32,000 nucleotides of DNA from Staphylothermus hellenicus DSM 12710. Lineage in GTDB: Archaea > Thermoproteota > Thermoprotei_A > Sulfolobales > Desulfurococcaceae. The notes beneath the pieces were generated by a model, which made no database searches, was not told where the DNA came from, and saw nothing but the letters and a program-made list of their open reading frames with translations. The position numbers and the translations under genes are program-made. The stretch is from assembly GCF_000092465.1 (NCBI RefSeq), contig NC_014205.1:750001-782000 (forward strand), given 5' to 3'. This document shows, piece by piece, positions 25,056 to 32,000 of the stretch; the stretch's first letter is position 1, and each line of letters starts with the position of its first letter.

Positions 25056-26549
25056 ATGGTGTTCGAGAACCAGGTTATTAAGGATATTATTAATAAGTAC
25101 CGTGTAATATGGGCTATTGGCCATGCTCAATCCCTTATGGGATGGGATGCTGAAACCTATATGCCTAGGGAGGGGGTTAAGGAGAGAGCTATTGCTCAAT
25201 CCGAGCTAAGTGTTCTCAGCCAACAATTAATACTTAGACCAGAATTTGTGGAATCAGTGGATAAAGCTTCCCAGCTAGAGGATTTAAACGATTATGAGAA
25301 AGGAGTTGTGAGAGTTCTTCAGAGAAGGATACGTATAGCAAAAGCTTTACCACCATGGCTAGTAGCAGAGTATAGCAAGGTTACACAGGAGGCAGTTGTT
25401 GTTTGGAGGGAGGCTAAGCAACAAAATGATTTCGGTAAATTTAAGCCTTATCTAGAGAAAATAGTTGATCTAGCACGTAAAGCAGCTGATTATCTAGGAT
25501 GGGAGGAGCACCCATATGATGCATTACTAGACTTGTACGAGGAAGGGTTGAGGACTAGAGATGTTGATAGAATACTTGGTTACTTGGAGAAGGAGATTAA
25601 GAGAGTTCTCGAGAAAGTTATGAGTGAAGGCAAGTATCCTAGGGAGCATCCATTAGAGAAGGCAAAGTATAGTAGAGAAGACATGGAAAAGATTAATTAT
25701 AAAGTACTAGAATTCTTCGGTTTCCCACTAGGTAAACGTTCAAGAATAGATGTCTCAGCTCACCCGTTCACACAAAGTATGGGAATATTTGATGTAAGAA
25801 TAACTACTAGGTATGAAGGATACGATTTCAAACGATCACTTCTAAGCGTTGTCCACGAGTTCGGCCACGCGCTCTACGAGCTACAAATAGATGAGAAATT
25901 AATGGCAACACCTATAGGGAGCGGTGTTAGCTTAGGAATACATGAGGGACAATCACGTTTCTGGGAAAACATAGTTGGTAGAAGCAGGGAATTTGTAGAG
26001 GTAATCTATCCTATTCTAAAAGAACACTTAGACTTCATAGAAAAATATAGTCCCGAAGACATCTATTACTATTTCAACACTGTAAGACCCAGCCTGATAA
26101 GAACTGAGGCTGACGAGGTAACATATAATTTACACATACTTCTCCGAGCAAAAATAGAGAAGCAACTAATAAGTGGAGAAATCAAAGTAGACGATGTACC
26201 AGAAATATGGAATAATACAATGGAAGAACTCCTAGGAGTTAGGCCGAAAAACTATGCTGAAGGAGTACTTCAAGACATACATTGGAGCATGGGATCAATA
26301 GGGTACTTCCCAACATATACACTAGGAAACCTTGTAGCTGCACAAATGAAATACCATATGTTGAAAGAAATAAACATTCCAGAGAAGATCCTGAATAAAG
26401 AGTTCCAAGAAATAAAGGAGTGGCAGAAAGAAAAAATACACAGATGGGGAGCAACATATGCACCAAAAGATCTATTGAGGAAAGCGTTCGGAGAAGAATA
26501 TGAGCCAAAATACTTTATCAAACACCTAGAAGAAAAATATTTATCATAA
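25056..26549 (+). CDS. M32 metallocarboxypeptidase (thermostable carboxypeptidase, PfuCP/Taq-like)
   Basis: HEFGHALYE is the zinc HExxH site, with IHEGQSRFWEN and DIHW also present. The sequence is near-colinear with the Pyrococcus furiosus carboxypeptidase as I recall it (MVFENQVIKDIINKYRVIWAIGHAQS... versus MEEVFQNETIKQILAKYRRIWAIGHAQS...). This supports the ATG at 25056 rather than 25011. Confidence 0.9.
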   Translation: MVFENQVIKDIINKYRVIWAIGHAQSLMGWDAETYMPREGVKERAIAQSELSVLSQQLILRPEFVESVDKASQLEDLNDYEKGVVRVLQRRIRIAKALPPWLVAEYSKVTQEAVVVWREAKQQNDFGKFKPYLEKIVDLARKAADYLGWEEHPYDALLDLYEEGLRTRDVDRILGYLEKEIKRVLEKVMSEGKYPREHPLEKAKYSREDMEKINYKVLEFFGFPLGKRSRIDVSAHPFTQSMGIFDVRITTRYEGYDFKRSLLSVVHEFGHALYELQIDEKLMATPIGSGVSLGIHEGQSRFWENIVGRSREFVEVIYPILKEHLDFIEKYSPEDIYYYFNTVRPSLIRTEADEVTYNLHILLRAKIEKQLISGEIKVDDVPEIWNNTMEELLGVRPKNYAEGVLQDIHWSMGSIGYFPTYTLGNLVAAQMKYHMLKEINIPEKILNKEFQEIKEWQKEKIHRWGATYAPKDLLRKAFGEEYEPKYFIKHLEEKYLS

Positions 26550-26552
26550 CAA

Positions 26553-26564
26553 TTTTTTCTTATT
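26553..26564 (+). terminator. oligo-T tract after the carboxypeptidase gene
   Basis: TTTTTTCTTATT starts 4 nt after the TAA at 26547-26549. Confidence 0.3.
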
Positions 26565-26620
26565 CGGAACCAAGTTGTTTCAGATAATGATAATTAACAT
26601 GTGCATATAATAAACTATTT

Positions 26621-27487
26621 ATGAAACTATTTTATCTATCCACATACTCATGCATAGGTGTAATTGTTTTGGCTAATACACATAGAGAACTATGTATTGA
26701 TAGGAATGGAGAAATAACAAGTAATTGTAAGGATTCTAGATGGGTTCACAAATTTACTCTTCCACAGGAATGCCAAAAATATTTCTCATTTAAAGCACAG
26801 GCTCCCCTCAAAATAGTTTTTCCCATAGCTTATAATAATAGTCTTCGTAGATTATGTATAAAGATAGATGAGAACCGTGTTCAAAGCTATTCGAGCAAAT
26901 ATTTGAAGGGACTAATAGAGGAAATAGCAAGTATATTGCCGAAGCTTGGAGAACTAAATGCTTACACGGTTCTTTACACAATATATAGAACTATTATGAG
27001 CTATTACCACGAGGAACTATCCCGGAGCGATCAAGAAATAGAGGAAATTATTAATAACGTTATGAAGGGAAGACCAGTCTATGATCCAATAGTAAGGACT
27101 TATAATAAGTTATCCAAGCTTCACCGAGGTGTTCATGGACTAATTTATTCTCTGCAAAAACTTAGCAGAATATATGATGAATTAAAAGAATTAGCAGATG
27201 AAGCTATTATGCTTGAAAACATGTATAGTACCTCAATAGATCGTGTTACACAAGCATTTAACATGTACTACACGCTTATAGGTGAAAAAACAAACAGGGT
27301 TGTGACAAAACTAACAATTATATCAGCAATATTCCTACCATTAACACTTATAACAGGAATATATGGTATGAACTTCAAATACATGCCAGAACTATATCAT
27401 CCACTAGGATACTATACAACCCTAGCAGTCATGGGGACTATAGCTGTCGGAGAACTAGTATATTTCAAGATTAAAAAGTGGATCTAA
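26621..27487 (+). CDS. corA: CorA-family divalent cation (Mg2+/Co2+/Ni2+) channel
   Basis: The C-terminus has two TM helices flanking the signature ITGIYGMNFKYMPEL (GMN motif). The start codon is uncertain. Confidence 0.8.
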   Translation: MKLFYLSTYSCIGVIVLANTHRELCIDRNGEITSNCKDSRWVHKFTLPQECQKYFSFKAQAPLKIVFPIAYNNSLRRLCIKIDENRVQSYSSKYLKGLIEEIASILPKLGELNAYTVLYTIYRTIMSYYHEELSRSDQEIEEIINNVMKGRPVYDPIVRTYNKLSKLHRGVHGLIYSLQKLSRIYDELKELADEAIMLENMYSTSIDRVTQAFNMYYTLIGEKTNRVVTKLTIISAIFLPLTLITGIYGMNFKYMPELYHPLGYYTTLAVMGTIAVGELVYFKIKKWI

Positions 27488-27574
27488 TAAAGATATGGAG
27501 CTTAAAATAATATCCTTTTTACTCCCGATAACAATAGTATTGTGTGAAGAATCTATTATGGAAGGTGTAGAAGC

Positions 27575-28405
27575 ATGAACTATTCTCCAACATATAATGA
27601 GGTAGGGAAGAGGATCAGGCTTAGCAGAATACTTAGAAATGATAGAGCAGTTGTATTCGCGTTTGATCACGGAGTAGAGCATGGACCCAGCGATTTCCCG
27701 CCTGAACATGTTAATCCAAGAGTTATACTCGAGAAAGTTGTGGATGCAGGTGTTGACGCGATCATGATGCTGCCCGGTATTGCTCGTTTAACATGGGATA
27801 TTTGGGGAAACAAGACAGCATTGATAATTAAGGTTACAAGTAAAACTAATCTAAGACCTAAGGATGAGAGACTCCTACAATCACCTTTCGGCTTCGTAGA
27901 AGACGCTGTAGCGTTGGGAGCGGATGCTGTAGCAGCAACTGTTTATTGGGGTAGCCAGTACGAGGACCTCATGCTTCAGAGATGGTTCACTATAAGAGAT
28001 GCTGCTGAAACATATGGTTTACCATGTTTACAACTAGCATATCCTCGTGGACCAGCTATAGCGAATAGATACGATGTAGAAATAGTACGTTATGGTGCGA
28101 GGGCAGCTGCAGAATCAGGAGCGGATCTTATAAAAACATACTATACTGGCAGCCTAGAAACATTTCGAGAAGTAGTTAAAGCTGCAAGCGGTGTACCCGT
28201 ACTTATGAGTGGAGGTCCACGTAGGGAGAAAGAAATAGATTTCCTGAGAGATGTATGGAACGTTATACAGGCAGGAGGTAAAGGAGTTGTTGTTGGAAGA
28301 AATGTTTTCCAACATAAAAACCCGAAAGCAATGATCAAAGCTGTAAAAGCCGTTGTTCACGAGAACAAGACTCCAGAGGAAGCTGTTAAGCTACTTGAGC
28401 AGTAA
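27575..28405 (+). CDS. archaeal class IA fructose-bisphosphate aldolase / DhnA-family aldolase (an ADH-synthase-like alternative cannot be excluded)
   Basis: 276 aa. Motifs are [24 protein letters not shown] and [11 protein letters not shown] (the Schiff-base Lys region), typical of the DeoC/FbaB (DhnA) family. Confidence 0.75.
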   Translation: MNYSPTYNEVGKRIRLSRILRNDRAVVFAFDHGVEHGPSDFPPEHVNPRVILEKVVDAGVDAIMMLPGIARLTWDIWGNKTALIIKVTSKTNLRPKDERLLQSPFGFVEDAVALGADAVAATVYWGSQYEDLMLQRWFTIRDAAETYGLPCLQLAYPRGPAIANRYDVEIVRYGARAAAESGADLIKTYYTGSLETFREVVKAASGVPVLMSGGPRREKEIDFLRDVWNVIQAGGKGVVVGRNVFQHKNPKAMIKAVKAVVHENKTPEEAVKLLEQ

Positions 28406-28481
28406 AACATAATTGCCAATGCTTAACCTATATAATAATATATTTTTCAATTCGGCATCTCAACATCTATACATATTGATA

Positions 28482-29567
28482 TTATATGATAATTGAGAAT
28501 AATGCGATCAGGAACGGGGTTATTCCTGCTGAAATATTTGCTAAACTATTAATCAGCGCTATTCCCATCTCTGGTTTAGAGGTTTTATTGCTTGCTAATC
28601 CTCTCAGAATAGGCCGGAGGGTTCTTATCCCTATAATGCATAGCGTTATTACTGTAAATACTATTAATGGGTTGCTTGTTATGGGTAAAATTATTACTGA
28701 AAGTACTGCTGATATAGATATAACAAGTACTGTTCTAGTATGTCCCTGTGCTTCAAGCATGTGGGAGAACACTATGCTGAGTATTAAACCAGTATATCCT
28801 GCAATGCTCCAATAATTTCTGAGGACCGCTTCAGTAAATCCTGTTAACACCTTAGCATATGCGAATAAGTAATCCTTCAACAACCCATTAACTCCTCCAA
28901 CCAGGAAAACTAAGGGTATTAATTCTGGTATTCTACTGGTTTCCCTCAATATAATCCTGAAACTAATTCCTCCACGCTTCTCAACAGGATATCTAGTGGA
29001 GGGGGAAATAATAATATATAATAATAGGTAGGATAAACCAATAATTATCCCCGTATATAGTATTGATTCAGAACCCCAAAACTGTATAATCAGTGATCCA
29101 ATCTGGTATCCTGCATAACCAGAAATATTTCCCACTAAAAAATATATGCTCAACCACCTACTACGCCAATTCTTATCAACACCAACAACTAGGAGAGTCT
29201 GCATTAAAGGCCAGAAAAGACCTGCAGAAAAACCTTCTAGAAGCTTTATCGCGGGATATAGTATGGGTGAAGATATAATATATAATATATATGATAATAG
29301 AATTAATCCTAAACCAATAGCTCCTGTAATCCTAGCAGATAATAATTCGTATAATTCAGCGTGAAGTATTGATGAAAACGCTCTCGCAGACATGAAACCA
29401 AGTGTTAAGAGGGAAACCCATAATAAACCATTAGCTTCTAAAACCTTAATGCTAATATGAGGAGAAACAATACCGGAAACAATCATTACAACTACCACGC
29501 TAAGCATCGCAGTATAAAAACTCCTTTTATCAACAATGGTCTTAGACATTTCTAATCCGTCCACCAA
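28482..29567 (-). CDS. polytopic membrane transporter, probably major facilitator superfamily
   Basis: 361 aa, hydrophobic throughout with about 10-12 helices. The start is a TTG at 29567, with an alternative ATG at 29549 (MSKTIVDKR). Confidence 0.6.
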   Translation of the reverse strand: MVDGLEMSKTIVDKRSFYTAMLSVVVVMIVSGIVSPHISIKVLEANGLLWVSLLTLGFMSARAFSSILHAELYELLSARITGAIGLGLILLSYILYIISSPILYPAIKLLEGFSAGLFWPLMQTLLVVGVDKNWRSRWLSIYFLVGNISGYAGYQIGSLIIQFWGSESILYTGIIIGLSYLLLYIIISPSTRYPVEKRGGISFRIILRETSRIPELIPLVFLVGGVNGLLKDYLFAYAKVLTGFTEAVLRNYWSIAGYTGLILSIVFSHMLEAQGHTRTVLVISISAVLSVIILPITSNPLIVFTVITLCIIGIRTLRPILRGLASNKTSKPEMGIALINSLANISAGITPFLIALFSIII

Positions 29568-29601
29568 TTCATATGTCCAATAATAAATAAAGTATTCTAG
29601 A

Positions 29602-29612
29602 ATAATTTTTTA
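29602..29612 (+). promoter_or_regulatory. TATA-like box (ATAATTTTTTA) upstream of the AEP-like gene
   Basis: Its centre is about 25 nt upstream of the ATG at 29632. That spacing is typical of archaeal leaderless transcripts. Confidence 0.3.
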
Positions 29613-29852
29613 CTGGGTGATACTATAATAGATGTCTATAGATATTATAGTGACGAAACTGTTAAGGAAACAATATATGGTTTCCTAAAGAATAGATGGA
29701 TTGGTATCGAGGGCTCTAATCGTAAATGGGTTAGATGGATAAATAATAAACCATTAACAATTAGTTCTCCCGAAGACATACCATTACTTCTTAATAGGTT
29801 CAAATATATTAGTCCAAGAAGCTTCTATGGAACAATAGAGATCTTCAAAAAA

Positions 29853-31061
29853 TTGGAGAACAAAGAAGACGTAATGGATAATTATGAGAAAAACGTGTTG
29901 AAAGCTACTCCATTCATAGACATTGATATTATCAATGAGGAAGACGTTGATAAATCATGGAAACATGTGGTTAGAGTTGGGATCATTATTCGTGACTGGC
30001 TATATGATCAAGGAGTGAGAAAAAGCTTTTATTTCCTATGGAGCGGTGCAGGAATGCATTTTAGAATTAATGAGAACTGCTTCAATAAATCAATACAAGA
30101 ACATCACCCACTAGATATCGCGTTCGCTGTAACAGAGTATATATTAGAAAAGCTAAAACCCCAACTACTCGAAGCAGTAAAGCTTTCAAACTATTCCATA
30201 AAGATCGAGAATCTTGTAGCTATGAAACGTGTATTTACAGCTCCCCTAAGCCTTCATCGCAGACTAGATAAAGTAGCTGTTCCTTTAGAGCCTGGTCAAC
30301 TCGAAGAATTCAGTATTGAATGGGCTAATCCCTCCAATCCAAGATATAGTATTGATGCTTGGAAAAACTATGTTGTTGGAGAATGCGATAATCTAGCATA
30401 TAAAGCACTTAATACTGTGGGTAAAGCAGTGAAGAGAACATTATTGGAGGCAAGAGCTGCAAAGATAGGTATAGAATCAGGTAAACAATTAAAACAACCT
30501 GTTCAAACACAAGTATCAAGCAAAACTGGTCCCGGGAGATTTCCTGTTATGGCACTTCTCCAAGCAGCAAGATACTATGTATTATACAAAGACGTTGACC
30601 GCGCTAAAAGTTTTGGATTAAACCGTGCAATATTCTATGCATGGGCAAAATACTATGGACCATCTAAGAGGCCCTTCTCCAAAGCATCTCATCATAGAAT
30701 ATATGGTGCGAAAATATCTGAGCCTACAAAATGGGAAGAGGTAGCCGGCGAAAAAGTTCAGATTAGCCCTAGAAAACTCTATGTTATGGGCGGAGTAGAG
30801 CAGAGACCAGAAGATTTTGATAGATATGTTGCCCGAAGATTTGAGGAGGCAGGAATACCTTTTGAAGAAGCATGGAGGAAAGCATTAGAATACGTTAAAA
30901 AATTTCCTAGAACAATACTCTTGGATCCCCGGCTCTTCTATAAAGAAGTATATGAGCCCGTTCGAGACCAGTTCATAGATAAGATCATTAAAAGAAGATA
31001 TGAGAAGAAAACAACCGGACTAGATAAATGGATAAGAATCAATAACAGAGAAGAAGAATAA
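29853..31061 (+). CDS. divergent PriS-like archaeo-eukaryotic primase (AEP) superfamily protein with a helical C-terminal module; the homologous reading frame extends upstream to 29601 without a start codon
   Basis: AEP motif I is FIDIDI (DxD at 29919-29927). Motif II is WSGAGMHF (30042-30059). The motif III region is KRVFTAPLSLH (PLSLH at 30243-30257). Upstream in-frame codons (VYRYYSDETVKETIYGFLKNRWIGIEGSNRKWVRW...LTISSPEDIPLLL...SPRSFYGTIEIF) parallel the PriS N-terminus (FFRNYY...REFA...YVRHLSFSSSEELRDYL...LFYSSARY in the Sulfolobus PriS as I recall it). Confidence 0.6.
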   Translation: MENKEDVMDNYEKNVLKATPFIDIDIINEEDVDKSWKHVVRVGIIIRDWLYDQGVRKSFYFLWSGAGMHFRINENCFNKSIQEHHPLDIAFAVTEYILEKLKPQLLEAVKLSNYSIKIENLVAMKRVFTAPLSLHRRLDKVAVPLEPGQLEEFSIEWANPSNPRYSIDAWKNYVVGECDNLAYKALNTVGKAVKRTLLEARAAKIGIESGKQLKQPVQTQVSSKTGPGRFPVMALLQAARYYVLYKDVDRAKSFGLNRAIFYAWAKYYGPSKRPFSKASHHRIYGAKISEPTKWEEVAGEKVQISPRKLYVMGGVEQRPEDFDRYVARRFEEAGIPFEEAWRKALEYVKKFPRTILLDPRLFYKEVYEPVRDQFIDKIIKRRYEKKTTGLDKWIRINNREEE

Positions 31062-31140
31062 AAGATACCTATGAAAATCTTTATTCGAGAAATGGAAGCT
31101 AAATTCTCTACTAGCAACTATAATTTTAGCAGATAGTATA

Positions 31141-31923
31141 ATGGGTGAAAACAAAATGTTGAAAATAATAGTGTCGAAAACTGCTGATCTTCTTGCGAAA
31201 CTATATGATATGTTTAACGCTCCTAATACTTATGAAAATTTACCTGTCCATGTTTTAAGTATTAATGGCTTATCTGAAACTTTCTATTATGGATATGTTT
31301 TTGATAAGGAGAACTTGTGGGATAAATTATTTGATGTATTGATAAATAAACAACAAGATAATATGGTAAAACATTATCTAAGCCTACTCGACAAAATAAA
31401 TATTTACAACTGGAAACTCATTGAAAAAGAACTTGAAGTATTCAGCGGTAAATTCAAGGAAACATATTCCAGCTATAGATCTAAGATAAACAAGTTTTTG
31501 GGAAAAATATTAAGAATCAATAAGTTCTTTAAAGAAGAATATATGATTCTATCATTTAATCCATTCAAGGAATTAATAGGTGCTGTTCCAAGAATAAATA
31601 TTGATCTAGAATATGCTGTGATAACCTTATTTGTTAGACCTGATTCTAACCCGTTAAAAGCTCTTGATCTATACCTTCACGAGCTTATTCATGGATTATT
31701 AAGGCTTAATAATATTAGAATTAGAGAAGATGTAGAAGAAGAGTTCATAGATACATTGTGTCCTGAAGGATACTTATCTAAAGAACTGGGATTAAGTAAT
31801 ACAGTAAATGTTAACGAAGGAAATCTTCAAGCATATATTGCTTCTTATTTTGAAGAGAAATTATATGAGAAAATTGATTTACTAAGCTACTTAGAGAGGA
31901 GAGGCAGTGTTCACTATATCTAA
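31141..31923 (+). CDS. hypothetical protein with an HExxH motif (possible zinc metallopeptidase-like fold)
   Basis: 260 aa. The only recognisable feature is LYLHELIHGLL, followed by an acidic EDVEEEF stretch. It lies 79 nt downstream of the AEP-like gene on the same strand. Confidence 0.4.
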   Translation: MGENKMLKIIVSKTADLLAKLYDMFNAPNTYENLPVHVLSINGLSETFYYGYVFDKENLWDKLFDVLINKQQDNMVKHYLSLLDKINIYNWKLIEKELEVFSGKFKETYSSYRSKINKFLGKILRINKFFKEEYMILSFNPFKELIGAVPRINIDLEYAVITLFVRPDSNPLKALDLYLHELIHGLLRLNNIRIREDVEEEFIDTLCPEGYLSKELGLSNTVNVNEGNLQAYIASYFEEKLYEKIDLLSYLERRGSVHYI

Positions 31924-32000
31924 TTGTCAAATAAACTATTTTTACAAATAAGCCGTATTCCACAATAAGAATTATATTTTGTTCAAACTATTATTTTTGA

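Noticed and set aside
29632-29688. Programmed -1 ribosomal frameshift linking the ATG at 29632 to the AEP frame
   Set aside because: No X XXY YYZ slippery heptamer or downstream structure is visible. Homology in the main frame already begins at 29634-29648 (VYRYY), so the shift would have to occur within the first two codons. A 1-nt indel is the simpler explanation.
1-32000. CRISPR arrays, IS elements, integrases, rRNA
   Set aside because: No regularly spaced 24-37 bp repeats, no transposase/integrase-like ORFs or terminal inverted repeats, and no rRNA-like G+C-rich blocks were seen on either strand.

Overview
This is an AT-rich, gene-dense archaeal window. The Ile/Lys/Glu/Tyr-rich proteins, archaeal gene families and TATA-like boxes about 25 nt upstream of start codons suggest a hyperthermophilic crenarchaeote, possibly Desulfurococcales-like; that placement is inference only. 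No rRNA, tRNA, CRISPR array, integrase or transposase was recognised. The intact content is mostly housekeeping and catabolic. It includes a THUMP-like protein, an XdhC-like protein with a small partner ORF, an intact vapBC pair, and a membrane-tethered wHTH regulator next to a large secreted beta-propeller protein. It also includes a four-gene HcnABC/PDH1-type (dye-linked proline dehydrogenase-like) flavoenzyme operon with overlapping genes, a PfkB kinase, and a ttuB-ttuA-type (GG-terminated ubiquitin-like carrier plus PP-loop/Fe-S) tRNA thiolation pair. A long minus-strand beta-glucan/cello-oligosaccharide locus carries GH1, then SBP-permease-permease-ATPase-ATPase-GH5. The remainder is an M32 (PfuCP-like) carboxypeptidase, CorA, class IA FBP aldolase and an MFS transporter. 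The unusual material falls into three groups. (1) A divergent PriS-like AEP primase paralog has a conserved N-terminal 74 codons with no in-frame start, a likely leaderless ATG one nucleotide out of frame, and a Cys-free helical C-terminal module. It is followed by an orphan HExxH protein. (2) A heavily decayed hypE-like/hypF-like relic and a nikR-like gene with two compensating frameshifts over its metal-binding segment look like leftovers of nickel/hydrogenase biology. (3) Several other decayed paralogs are present: a wHTH fragment and a vapBC pair broken at an A8 run. I did not find a clear-cut novel multi-gene system. The AEP/HExxH pair is the best candidate, and all functional calls rest on motif recognition by eye, without searches.
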